From contig NW_002060951.1 in NCBI RefSeq assembly GCF_000150275.1, positions 993,098-1,057,097 of the forward strand: 64,000 nt of DNA, given 5' to 3'. The position numbers and the translations under genes were made by a program. Below, one piece after another: positions 26,732 through 41,700 of the stretch. The DNA is from Trichoplax adhaerens. Taxonomy: Eukaryota; Animalia; Placozoa. Each line of letters opens with the position of its first letter. Position 1 is the stretch's first letter. The notes beneath the pieces are model-generated. The model searched no databases and had not been told where the DNA came from. It saw only the letters and a program-made list of their open reading frames with translations.

Positions 26732-29700
26732 CTAATCTACGGATTTAACGGGGTACTTTAAAGTTGTTTTCAAATTCGGATTATGCTTCTCTAACGATTC
26801 CTTATTATAATACACAATTAAATCCCTCAACGACTGATGTTCACATGGTGTAGCAACGCCATATAGACCACCTTCTTTTACAATTCGCACATTATATACA
26901 CCGCCATTTATTCTAGATGAAGTATAGATTATTTTTAGTTTTCTATTGTATGGCAGAAGTACTGTAGAAGTAACTATACGCAAGGAATAATTATTTATTT
27001 AGCACTTACGATATGGAAATAGAATAATTTCCTGGAAAATTAATACTCTCTCTAACCAGAAAAGTTCCCGTTGGCTTTCCTAATATATATTTATTAACTT
27101 CATCGCTAGATAAAAATATAGCATAGAGAAAGGGAAAGACCTGTTAATAAATCTATGAAGCAAATGCGAACATATAAATATTAAATAATACATCAAGATA
27201 GTACTTACGGCTTTAGTCTGCCAAATAACCAAGTATTATGGTCTTCGACAGATCTACGACGCTAATTAATTTATCGAAAAGTAAACAATCACTAGCTGAA
27301 TAATCAAGATTAGTTTAACATGCGCAATTTTGTTCTATAATATTCAGATATTCTTAGGTAAAATAAAACGTTCTGGCATATCATTTATTCATATTACCGG
27401 TGGCCTATATGGATAAAAGATTATGATTAAGAACTCGTATTGTTGTATAAACACATCACCAATTCGCTATCTAAAGGTATTGACTGAATCTTACGTCGGT
27501 GCAGCTGTATTGTTATATAATTTCCGTATATTATCTTCAGTATAATTAAAGTTCTCCCTTAATATCCTATAAATCAGGTTCAATCACGTACTTATAAATA
27601 TGTAATCTATTCCGCGTATATATTTTACTATAGCACCCCTATAAAATTTGGTTATTGAAATCTAATAACAGCAAAAATTAAGTACCGTTCATAATATTGC
27701 TTCTCTTGTCCAATTTGATGTATTTCTGGCTTCATGTCTTCCATTTCACTTTCAATTGATCGCTGGTCACGGTAAAAATTATCAAGTTCTTTTTTAAACG
27801 TTTTTTCTTTCTCCAAAGCTTTATTGTATCTTTCTTTCACAATCGCATAATTATTATGAATCCTTTATTTCGTATCATTTAAAAATTTTGTTTAGTATAA
27901 AATGAAGCAAAGTACTAACATTAAGCTTATAACTTTATAATATCGTAAAAACTTATCAACATACACGCTATTTTTTTCTGGTCCTAAACCTTGTCCCGTT
28001 CTTGTTTGTTGATCTGAACGTTCATAAAGTAGCTCCCGTTGCTTCTTAAACATATTTACTACTTCACGTTGCGCAGTTAAACAATTTAAGTGATTTTGAA
28101 TGGCCTATATTTATTAACGGAACAAAATTTAAATCAGAGGAACGACATATTTTAATAGCGATCCTGTATTGCATATTACCTGTTGACGTTCCTTTTGCTT
28201 ATTAATTAAATTATCATACTTTTCCGTTTTTTGTAAATAAGCAACGTGCAATGCTCTCAGTCTTGCTGTTGCATCTTCGCTAGTTATCGGTCCAGTGCCG
28301 TTCTAAAATACGCGATAAACCATACATGTACATTACAATTATATTTACTAAGGCTACACTTCAGCAATCTGCCTTGACAAGTCAAAACTTTACTTACTTG
28401 GCCTTGACGAGTTATAGGGAACATTAATTTTATATCTAATTCGCGATTATACTGGGCTAGTGATTCTTGTTGATAATGACTGATTAAATCAACCACAGAT
28501 CGAAAACGGAGGGGTTTCGAAAAGCCGTAATGACCATGTTCATGACAAATTCGTATCAGTCGGTCAAATCCGCCTTTTCTAATAAAATTAAACAGAATAA
28601 TGGTGTAAGACTAATATTATTAATAGCAAGTCTTAAAAAACAATTTCGTTATATTGATCTACAATAGATTATTACTTTAAGGTTAACGTATATTCTCCAG
28701 GCACTTTTGAAGCATCACGGACCATAAATGATCCTTCTGGAGTATTTTTCAGCTTTTCAGTAACGTCTTCCCTATAAGATATCGATTTCAATACGTATCG
28801 AAGGTTAACTACAACACTATTTAGTACACAATACTGTTTTTATGTAATTTAATTTTTTTTTTAATACTTTGATATTTTGCCCCAGTACCAGTCCATGGTT
28901 TCGAGTTCTACTGTATCTTGTGTTTCAAATGTCACTCCTTTAATTAAATATACAAACAATACTGACGTCTTAGACTGTTTCGACTGATATAAAGTCATTA
29001 AATAAAGAAGATATACCTGAATTTACTTCCTCATTCCATTTTCCGTATTGTAATAATACGCTTACGATTCGAACATGCAATTTGGCATTTGTAACAATTT
29101 TCCTGAATAAAAAAAAATTAGATCTTAGTTATTTAAGTTATCACTAATTATTAAATCATAAAATCTTGGTGATCGTGAAAAATACACATGCCATATATCT
29201 GCATCTTTTGGACGAATAAGAATATTTCCGAAAATACTTGCTAACTGCCTGATGCTTGTACCGTTTGATTCTTGATACTGTAAAACTCTATACAGATTTT
29301 GCTCAGCGTTAATGAATCAATAGAGTACTATTTCGATATTAAAATTGCAATAGGCTAAGTAAAAGAATAAGATTTTACTTCTTCAAATGTATCATTAAAC
29401 ATTTCAAAGTTGACTGATGAGGAGCCGATAATTCTCCGCATAGTCCTAAGAGTAAATTTATGGCTTCTCCATCGTCCCTAGAGTCAGCTATAAATAATAA
29501 TATTATTATTGTAGCAAGATATAGAACGTTAAAAAAGAATATAAAATTTAACCATTGCTTTTTAAAGATATATTTTGAAACCAATACCAACCTACAGCAT
29601 CTATAAATTCGTCATATCTTTTGAACGAAAGTAAAGGTACAGGTAATTCTATTAAATATCTTTTTAAGACACATGCTGCAATATTAGGATCTTGCAGTCG

Positions 29701-32700
29701 ATTATCATCACTAGTAATTTTACTCCAATTCTGGTTGAAGTCAAGCCTTAAATCTAGCACAGTAGATTCATCTACTTTATTGGAATATATGCCTGGCACT
29801 TGTAAACCTCCTTTTTCTAATGCTTGAATACATGTTGTCACAACATGGGGGACTTGCTGTTGTACCTGTCGACAACGGATAGATAATTCCATGCCAAACG
29901 CCGGTTGTTGTAAAATGTCATCTTTTCTTGAGCTAATTTTAGGACAACAGGGTGGAAGCTCCGAAATACAAGATCGATGCACGTTGTAACCACAATCGCG
30001 GCATTGTTCACCTTGTCTGAGTAAGCCAAAAAGGGTTTTTGTACATTTATCGCAAAATGTCAGCGAAGTGTATGTATGAGTTCTAAATCGATGCTTTTTA
30101 ATGGTGTCATCTGTTCTTGATGTATATATAGGAACTGTTAAATGGGCACTAGGATCAGTATCACAGATACCACGACATAATTCATTAACGCAATTCATGA
30201 CAGCAACTCGGTGAAAAGGATCTCGGATACCAAATCTTTCAAGTGTTTCAACATTCAACCGTTTTAAATCTAATCCATTGAATTTGCACTGATGAATAAA
30301 GTCTACATATTGTGATAAACCAATAGCACACAACCAAATCTTCACAGACTTTACTGGCCATTGCATGTAAGCCTATGAAAGAAAATTTTAAGGATATCAG
30401 ATGTTACAGACAAATATTACATAGTAAATATCATATGCATGTATATAGATATCCCATTTTGTATACATACTACATATACCGTATTTAGATGCCAGTATAA
30501 TTAATTCAAATGCTGCAAACAATGTGCCAGAACTTAACATAACGTTCTAATGAAAATGTTCGTTTTACTTACATCCGGATTAGTAGTAATTACAATATCA
30601 TGATTCCATACTTTCGGTTTAGTACAAGGCGTACTTCTTGCAGTATCAATCCAGTCCATATGACAAACTAATTGACAGTCTAGGGAATTCACAATGCATG
30701 ATTTAAAGGAGAGAAGTAGATTGTAAATGCTACAGTTTTATGCTTCTCAACTGGTGTATAGCGGTGTAGAAATTGAGAATGTTATTTAACATGATATAAA
30801 GGCAAATCAACTATAACATCTATACAGTACAGTAATTACTGCATTGTTTGCTGACATTACGATACCTATCTTAAAACTGTAACGTACTAATTTTTATAAT
30901 TATATATTTTATAGCAAATAATGTTAGCGTACTATGTTAAATTGTATTTATTATTTCTTACTAAAGTAAGGGTAAGTATTAAAATGATAACAAAGTTCTA
31001 AAATTGAGAACTTTTCAATCATAGAAAGTCAAGATACCAGCTGCATCGTAACAAATATTATGATATATCAAGAAGTAATAATAAGGGTAGGTCAAAATAA
31101 GTTAAAATTACTTCATTTTTTTTATAGCTCAGCATCAAATAAATTTAATATTCACCGAATAATGATAGAAAATTACCAATTACTTACTATATATTTATTA
31201 AAAAGAAGTAAAAATAAATTGTAAAAATAAAATTTACTCCTAAACTGTTCTAATCACATCCATACTGGTGAATATCAAATTCAAGATATCACTACTGTTC
31301 TGTATCTGATTGTTTTAAACTTGAGATTTTGATTTATCTATCATGAAAATTTTTTTCAATGATTACATAGTCAAGTAAAGCATTGTGGATACATCTAGAA
31401 TCTAGTTTAATTTAAAGTCTTGAGAATAATAAATATCTCTATAGATCAATTTAAAAATATTCTTTCTGTTAATTGACTTCCATCAATACTACAGCTATTA
31501 TTCTGTTGTATAGTAAGCTAAGAGTCTGTTTGACAATTTTTGTTTATCCAAGCTGTATAGTGGATAGATTTACGATACTGATCAGGAAAAATAGATATGT
31601 TTTTTCAATGAAGTAAGGTTGTCAGTTTGTATCATAAAACGATATAATTTATACTAACTTTGAGAAGCGAAAAATATATAAAGAAATCTTTTCGATTATA
31701 ACTTAGTTCGAATCTAAAGTATTGTTGGAATTTATATAAATTTGAATAAACTAATTATCAACGTTCAAAACTAACAAGAACAATTGTAATATTTCATTAT
31801 AGTCTACTACACATTTTGGAATAAATAGTAGATTTGCGAATAAAAATGATCGAATGTGTATATATATATATGTATATATTTGTTATATTAACGGTAGGCT
31901 TGTGCTTATGATAACCGCCATCGGCTATAATTGATATACGTTGCGCATTAGGATACAAATGAATTCTAAGTTTGGCTCTTCAAGCACGCAATGTCAACTA
32001 ACGATTTGTTGATATAAGAGATTAAATATGTCAAGATAAAAAATTAAACAATACATAACAAAGGTAAAACGTAGAGCTATACTAGCAAAACAAGAATCCT
32101 AAAGAAATTTATCATGACAGTATGATTAAAAAATTGGAATTCTTTTAATAATATTAGCATTATGAAGCATCAATTACTTCAATAACTTTGCTATCTTGTC
32201 TTTGCGTTTGTAAAACCAGCTTTAAAGGTTCCACAATATGAATAATGCATAATTATATCAATTAATCTGATATGCAATAAGAAATATTGCAAAGAGGTCA
32301 CTTTTCAGTGTTCTATCGGGGCATGAAAACATTCCGTATAGCATGATTCATGCGTTGTATATTACTTGTAGTCGACAAATCAAGCTATAATCGTAATACT
32401 CTACAACGTGACAAAGAGCCAACTTCTGCTATCGTTATTAGAGAGAGATCACAATGACCCCAGTAGAGTAGAGCAAATACACAATATTATAAAATTGTCA
32501 CCGGAAAAGGCATTAAAAAGCTGTCTGTTGCTATGGAATGATGTGACAATTCATACATTATTGTAGTTAGTACAAAAGTATCCAAACTAGGAAATAACTG
32601 GTTACTGAAAATAGCATTATAACGGTGTTCAACAAAAAGAATCATCACACACGAGATAAAAGTAGTTTACTGAAGTGAAGTGGACGATAATATCGTTAAT

Positions 32701-35700
32701 AAAACAATCATAGCAACAAAAAGAATTGACAATCTAGACTAACCTTGACAATAGTAGCCTTCTTTTTTATAACCCCATATGAAACTTTTACCTAAAAGTC
32801 AAAATATTATTATCAATACTTTGTTGTATGAGTATATTATAGCAACAGAATTTTTCGATTAAGCTATTTTAACTTTTAACTTTTCAACTGCAAAATTGAA
32901 TTTTTATTTACATGCTAGTAAATCTAATCAATGCGATCCATAGATAAACATCCTCAATGAATCGACCGATGTCATCAATTTAATCCAATTTAAGATCATA
33001 ATGGTACCCAAGAAAAAATATCCATTACTATGCCGCAGACACAGATAACATATCTTGAATACCTTAACAATAGTATTTGTAGATGAATATAAAATTCATT
33101 TACAAATTACTTTAATTGTGCAGTACTGTTATACACCATGAAAGGGGGAAAAAAAAGGAAGAAAGATTATAAATCAATACTGGATAACAATATCGCCGAT
33201 TATAATTATTAACATAATATATAAAAGTTGTAAGATTAATTCATTTTTGGTTATAACATTAAAATGGAAAGCCATGAGCAGTATGCGATTTTGATACTTC
33301 ATTTGGATATCTTTTCCATACATAATATCTATCTACACTCAATACAGTATTGAATGGGTCTAAATTCTCCATCTTGCTCTGTTATCAAGATATTCTTTTC
33401 GTTTGCATTGATTTGATGGTGATTAATTATATTATCAGTAAAAGAAAATGAATAAAACTGCCATCATTTGGATACAAAGGGCAAACACTAGGCTTTCCAT
33501 TAAATTATACCATACAAGAATGATACGTGGCATCTAAAACTTTTGATTAGTTAACTAAACTATTGATTTCTACAGTATAATGATGAAATTTATAAAACCG
33601 TGTATCCCTGAATCCTATCTTAATTGAAGTAGTCAACCCGTTTCCCTGACATAAGGCAATTTAATCAAGTGAATTGAACATCATTCAGGATATTAAATAG
33701 CAATATTTTATTTTATTGAGAATGAATATGCAATTCCATTTAATATCCTTATAATTACGGTTTATAGCAATATCTTTTATAGATAAAATTGTCATTATGA
33801 TCTTTTGGCAACAAATTCATTTCAGTCATTTTCCATATCCCCCTATGTAGTTACATTTTACAGCAATCTCTTTTATGGATATGGATAATTAAATTGTCAA
33901 CATGATCTATTGATAGCTTGTATCCAATGCATTTTTGGATTTCGATATAGGAAATTGGACTCCATCGATATCCCTTACAATTCCATTTTAGAGCAATATC
34001 GAATGTGGATAAGATCGCCGTTACGATCTTTTTTAGTGACTTGTATCTATCCGTGCCATCTTTGAAAACGACTGTACAAAATTGGATTCAATTGAAAATT
34101 CTCCTATAAGCATCATGCCATCAGATAGGCATTATTTTATGCGAGTTCAAATGGCCCTTACCAGCTACAAATTGAACTTTTCCCTTTCCGTTCTATTTTG
34201 AATTCATACCTTATTTGAATATCTTCCTTGTGTATCTATTGTATCCAATCTATTTTCTTGGCCTTTTTTTTGTTTTGAAATGGAATTGATGTATACTAAG
34301 TTTACATCCTAGCCTTTAATGGACATGATTGTAAATTCATCACGACGAGACAAGCGCGTTGAATTTGTTCAATAGTAATGACTGCTTTTCATTTTAATCA
34401 TCCGGAACTATCCTCCAACTTTTGATCGTTCAACGATCAAAAGTATCATCATTATCATGAGAGATGTTTTCAACCTTCGTATCGATGCTATTTGCGATCC
34501 ATCATTCTCCATGTGAATAAAAATTACTCTTGCCTTTCTTAATCTAGTTATCCCATGTTGCTAATTTTGAAAATGAATCAAATTGCAATCAACATCTTTG
34601 TAACGATGTCTAAGTAAATAAAATCACGTCCATTTCCGAAGGTATACTGTATAGGGTCAATTCATTTGCATCGCTACTAGTAGACAAGATGTCGATCTTT
34701 CATATGTTATAAGAATGTCCTTGATACGCCTATCATATTATGCAAGTTTGTGCAAGTTAGTATCCCTCTTCTACGATCTTTAATGAGTCAAAGAATCGAA
34801 TTGTAATATTGTGCAAGTTTGTATCCCTCTTCTACGATCTTTCATGAGTCAAAGAATCGAATTGTAATATTGTGCAAGTTTGTATCCCTCTTCTACGATC
34901 TTTAATGAGTCATAAGAATGAAATTGTAACATTGTGCAAGTTTGTATCCCTTCTTCTACTGTGTCGATATCCTCCTACTTGAGTTAGGTACTGGAGTAAG
35001 GATGCTTTCATTTAATCCAAGGATATGGTCCCTTCTATCTGTTCAATTTGAAGGTCATCAAGGTGCAATTTCATCATTCTACCTTACTTTTAGGATACGA
35101 TCCAGTGTATTGGATCGATCAAGAAGAGCACTAGTTATTCATGTTGAGCGCAACCATTTCTCCTATTTTATGCATTACTAGTGGAGAATTCAATTGACGA
35201 CATGTCTGCTTAGGATAGCCAATCTCTACTTTTACTATTCAAATCTCCACCTTGGAAAGAGACCATCCTAAAGTCCACCAAATAGAGTATAATATGACTA
35301 CCTACGCCCAAGTTAAGATGCAATCCAAGATACAATTTCCCTTGCAACGAACGGAGACATTCTCTTAATTGAATCAATCCCCTACTATTGATATTCTAAT
35401 TATCCTCATTCAATATCGATTCTTTAGGCTAGCCTTAAATGAGAATGATATTATCTTGATCAGCAGGAGGTCCAAATTGAGTTTTACATTTCATTTTTCT
35501 TCACCTAGTATTGGCGCAGTTCAAAACAACTATTTGTCCGTAGAAAAGAGGATATTATTCCTTTTCAACGGGCCTCCAGCTGGGATAACAAGATACTGCC
35601 GACTGTAAGGAAAAATTCCAAGTGCTACAGTCATACAGTAGGGGAAAACTCAATGGAAATCATTATCTTGCTGTTTAAACTCTATTTATCATTTTCAATC

Positions 35701-38700
35701 TCATCTACCATCCACGTCCTTGCGGTTTATACTTTAGGCAATAGTGCATTCTCTATTTTATCGTCTTACAGTTAAAGTCTTTTGGTAGTTTTCAATCTCA
35801 TCCGCATCCATATCCTAGCGATTGATGTTTTAGGCAATAATGCATTCTCATCTTGCTGTTCAAACTCTTTTTATCATTTTCAATCTCATCTGCATCCATG
35901 TCCTTGCGGTTTATGCTTTAGGCAATAATACGTAGTTGATTCTCTACTTCATCATCTTACTGTTGAACTCTTTTGGCAGTTTTCAATCTCATCTCTCTAC
36001 TTGCGGTATCGATTGATGCCGCCTCCATGACGCATTTAGTAGATGAAAAATCTTTCTCTAAATATTGACTGACTGCAGCTGATCAAGTTTCGGCTGTAGA
36101 ATGCATCATTTGAGAACATGTTGCATCACCTAATCCATTCCTTTAGAGGAAATCAACATTCAACTTAATTGAACGGCTGTTGTAAAATGGTAAATACTTT
36201 TGACGCCATGTAGCAGCTAAACTCAATTTGATTGCGACCAAAATAGTTAATAGTGAAGTCATTTTTTCTGTGTAGAAGAAAACATTGAGGAATGAAAGCG
36301 TTCATGTTAACACCTGCAATATTGGATTTATTCTACGCTTTCAACGAGAATTTCACTTGTGCAGATGGTAGAGCGAGTAGTAAAATTGAACATTGGTAGA
36401 GTGCGATAGCAGAATGCTACTTTAAGATGTAGACCGAGTGCAGCTGGTTCAAGTATAAATAACCTTAGTCAACATGAAGAAAAGAATGTAAACAGCTCTT
36501 TTAATGGTGCAATAACTAAGCGTTTCCTTTCAATCTTTTGTCGACTTGACTGCAGTACAAGTATGGAGGAAAGCGACAAGACCACTACAGTAACCATTTG
36601 ATTGACAATATCAACAAGCACAGAATGGATTGAAAGAGCTTATGAAATTCTTTTATTGCAATCCATTTTATACCCTTTGCAAGTGGCCATTCTGTAACAA
36701 CACGGAAGGAAGTACAGTAGTTCTGAAAGCAACTTGCCTTTAATTTTCCCCCCCCCCCAAAAAAAGAATTTTCTTCTACAAGAAAAAAAGTTTACTATTC
36801 TTGAATGGAGTCCTTTCATAGATTGAAGAGTAAAACACATGCTGTACATTGCTGTACAACATGTGAAATTGTCCCCCCACCAAAAAAGAAGAATTTTTTT
36901 GTACAAGAAAAAAACGTTTACTGTTCTTTAATGGAGTCCTTCCATACATTGAAGAGTAAAACACCCAAAAAGAAGAATTTTCTTGTACAAGAAATAAACG
37001 TTTACTATTCTTGAATAGAGTCCTTCCATAGATTGAAGGGTAAAACACATGCTGTGCATTGCTGTACAGCAGGATAAAAACGTTTACTATTCTTCAATGG
37101 AGTCCTTCCGTAGATTGAAGAGTAAAATACATCATGTACATTGCTGTATAGCATAAGAATCAAGTCCACAAAATTAAAAAGAAGAATTCTCTTCTACAAG
37201 ATAAAAACGTTTACTATTCTTCAATCAAGTTCTTCCGTAGATTGAAGAGTAAAATACATCATGTACATTACTGTATAGCATAAGAATCAAGTCAACTCGT
37301 AGGATACTCTTTCCATTGCCAAAATGATAGAAAATAAAATAAAAAAAATAGAGCAAGACAAGATACATGACCCAGACTTTGGATTGAGTCAAGTTGGCTT
37401 TTTCACTACAAAATGACAACACCCTAAGGCTAAATTAAATGGAAGGGTAAACTATTCTGGCCAATTCTATGATACAACCATTTGATTGAAAAAAAAATGA
37501 ACAAATTGCTATTCTTAACAAAGTGGCTTTCTAATTGCAAATAGTATTTACAGTCTACTGTACATATTATTCAAGTAACAAGAGATTAACACACCACCTT
37601 GAATACTAGTTAATGAAGTAATGCTGTCGCACAATTCTACAAATAGAAATGGACGAGATTGAAGGTGATTCTTGACCCTTGCTATCATCACTGGCATCCA
37701 GTACACTAGCAAAATTGCTTTATTGCAAATAAGCTGTACAACATCTTAACGTAGTCATTCAAGGCGATTGCAACCTATTCTCGACCCTTGCTGTAATTAC
37801 CAATATGCAATACAGTAAGAAAACTAGTTCATTGCAAAGAATGCAAAATGATTCACAAATAGGTCATGCAAGATCTCCCTTAACATAGTAATATTGGGCT
37901 TTTTTTTTCCCATTGCCAATGAACCAAAATTCAAATCAGAATAAAAACTACCTTTGGCACTTTTTGACCCCAAAAACTAAAGCGTCTATACTGTAGACTC
38001 TATCTGCCCTACTTTTGATTGAAATAATGCAAGTTTTCTATTGCAAAATTATAAAATAAGACAAAGTTAAAAGACTATTCTCGATCGATCCTTCCTTTCA
38101 TGAATCAAGTAGGCAAGTGATAGGCTTGCTTTTTCCCCCCCCCCCCCCATTACCAATGGAGAGAAATTGAAGTAAAAGAATGATGGCTATATATATGGCT
38201 ATCCTACACACTTTTCAGGAAGTAACATAAGTGTTTTCCATGGCAACATTATTACAGCAAGATGTGATTTAAGACCATTCTCGACACTCGCTACAAAGTT
38301 CCGTAACTCGTTGATTGCAAAATTATTCAAAGGGAAGAGTCTTTCACAGCACCTTACATGGGAGTTATTCAAGCTAAGGAAAAGACTATTACACTATCTT
38401 GAACACTGGTCATTGCAAAATTCTAATAAAGACTGTTATTGCTTTCACAGCAACTTGCATGCAAACCAATTCAGAAAAGACCACCTTCAACACTTGTCAT
38501 TACAAAATCATAAAGAAGAAAAAAAAAAGGGACTCTTGTTTCTTTGACAGTAACTTGCATGGAGTGATTCAATTAAGTGTCAGAAAAGACGAGTGGAAAT
38601 TTCCAGTAGTCTAGGATTGGACCGTGTTTGCTATTGGAAGAAATTTTAGTTGTCATTGCAAAATGATAAGTAAAATGATGCATTCTACAGCATTTCTTGA

Positions 38701-41700
38701 CCATGCATGTCCTGTCGTAGTTTAGGATGTATCCTTCTCCATGAAAACCTAATAAGAATTTCTCCATAGACTACAGCAATCGTTGTCAACTCTGTGACGG
38801 CATATTGGAATTGAATGATTTGTCAGACAGTCGACATGGGCAAGTACTGTACTTTCCTGTTGCCCATCCATCCATCATGGAGGAAGAAAAATAATTTACT
38901 CCATATTGACTACCCGCAAATAGTCCATCAACAGCGATATCCATCTCTGCAATATCATCCAATGATACAAATAGAAAAGGAAAACAATTTGCATTGTATA
39001 CCATTAGGATTACTTTCTTGGCAAATAGAACCCGAGTTATAATAGCACTATCCAATCCATAGCATAAAAACAATAGCATTTGGATAGAAAGTTCAAAGAA
39101 ATGCACGTTTAGCAAAGTATTTTCTTAGCATTAAGCAATATTGGAAAGAATCCTTTCAACCCTATTCACGATTTAATGATGGAGGACAACCAACGCTTGA
39201 TGTTGTCAATGGTATCATAGCCATTACAAATGGTGGCTACACAAGATGGAGGAGGGTATTGCAATTCAATTTTGAATATGGAATATCACTTTAAAGATTG
39301 TACTCCAAGGCATTGTCCAATTGGACTTTTCATCAACTTAATTCAAAAGTAACTTAGTCAGTAGGATTGTCTATTTTGGGCTTGCGATACAATATGGAAA
39401 CAAACAGCCTGTGATTTACACCTTTTCCCATCGTCTACTAGCAAGTTGGAATTATTCTCTAGACTAGCGTGATTTTTTTCTAACTTGATTCAAAGGTAAC
39501 TTAGTCAGTAGGATTATCTATTTTGGGCTTGCGATACAAGATGGAAATCAACAGCCTGCGATTTCCACTTTTTCTCCATGTTCCCATCGTCGACGACCCA
39601 GTTGGAATTAATGTCAATACTAGCGTGATTTTTTCGAACTTGATTCAAAGGTAACTTAGTCAGTAGGATTGGCCATTTGCGGCTTGCGATACAAGATGGA
39701 AACAAACACCTTACGATTTATACATGACGTCTACAACCCAGTTGGAATTCTATTCTGTATATTTTGGACTTTTCACAACTTTAATTCAAAGGCAACTTAG
39801 TCAGTAGGATTGGCCATTTGCGGCTTGCGATACAGCATTGAAACAAACGCGCTACCATTTTCATTTGTAACTTGTCTCCATTTTCCCATCGTCTACAACC
39901 CAGTGGGAATGACAGTATACTTAATACTAGCGTGATTTTTTCCGCATATCCTGCATACAATACTGTACTTAATCGATTGCTGATGAAGGGAGGGATGTAC
40001 ATCATTTTCCAACATGGTAGACATGACAGCAGATAGCGACAAAGTCATGGCTGATCTTGCCCTACAATCGATGGACTTGCTCCAACTTTGCAAAATACAA
40101 ATCATCCATTCAAGCGTCATTGGAATGGAACCTTTGCCAATACTATTTCAACACATTCAAAATCGTACCCATCATTTGTACTATCCATTCTAATCCGTTC
40201 AACATGGCCAAGTTGCATAATATATAGAAAGGAATACTGCTTTCATTCTGTACATTAGTGCAAGTAGCCCCCCCCCCAAAAAAAAAGAAAAAAAATTCAA
40301 CAAAAAGCAATGATAAACTTACTGAATTGACACCAAACTGGAGCATCGAAATAAGTTCGTTTAAAACGATGATCTTTATTTTCATCTAGTTGGAGTTGGA
40401 CAACAACATAACCAATTCCACATCGACGATGGCCACCGTTGAAAAAAAAAAAAAACATAATTTAAAAAAAGCGGTCAATGACGATTAATACATTTTGGAT
40501 TCTAAGTAGACGCAAGAACAGCAAGAAGGGATGGGATTGGAATGAAATTCAAAAGAAATGGTTATTTTAGGCGTGGATATTTTAATGATAATGTAATTAT
40601 GGTTATAATGACATAGAAACCGGTTATTTAGTAATCAGTTTTACTATTTTGCTACCAATTGACAGATGAAAATAGTCAATCAATAGAGGATTTCTTTTTC
40701 AACGCAAGTTCTTAGGCTGTCTAATCTGTGATTAAAACATCAATCAATGGATTGTGGAGGAGAGGTAGACAAGACATTTTACAAGACAGTCCAATCTATT
40801 TTGATTTTTTTTGTGGGGGGGGGGGGTAAAAGTTAGTGTTTTGCATGGTGGAAAAAGACCTATTCTAACGACTACTTTATTGAGGAAGGATGCTTCTAGA
40901 ATCATTTTAAGGCGTCTTGACGTTGTTGTCTTCCATATCGACCATGATGGACACATTCATTATTATCCGACGTGTAAGATAGGAAGGGAGTTATTCGAAA
41001 GAATAACTCCCGACAAGCCATGACAGTCCTTGTGTTCCTAGAGAAGCTATTTTCGTCTAGGATACACATGAAGCATTTCATTTCCATCACAAATCATGAC
41101 CCAACATGTATCAATAAGAAAAGAATAGACTCAAATTAGGCTATTTGAAATTCAAAAACTGATTGGACTACGACTTTCCAACACGGCCTAGGTAGCGCAA
41201 AAATAGGACGATGATTGTAATCATCATTTTATGTGTAAGTGCAATAGCAGTTACATCGATACTGCATGTGGAAGAAATCTGGATCGATTGAACAAATGAA
41301 TTTACAAATTGGCAACGATGAAGAGGACAAAAGTGGATACAGCTGAAGGCAAACCCACCATGTATTGGTATAGCATTAGGCGATGGCGGCCATTTGATAC
41401 ACCAATTTAGCCCATGGCCTATATGGAAAGCGATGGTCATGAATTTGAAAATGATGCGCTAGTCTGAAAACGTTCTATTAGCGTGCGAGCGGATTGTGTA
41501 CGGACATTGCTTTTACACTATCGATGGAAAATTTTCTTTTTTCCAAACTATAACTACTGTATTTCCAATTGCTTGATCAATGCAACTACAACGAGTCGCT
41601 GCTTGATGATGGCAATGAAAGCAAGGCCATTTTTTGGGTGGAGGGGGGGGGGATTATCATTACAGTAGCATCCATTGCATTGATATCTCCTATCGCTAAG

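Noticed and set aside
36405-36448. Short resemblance to the 5.1-5.6 kb repeat (atgctacttta, cgagtgcag)
   Set aside because: The matches are too short and rearranged to establish a dispersed element.
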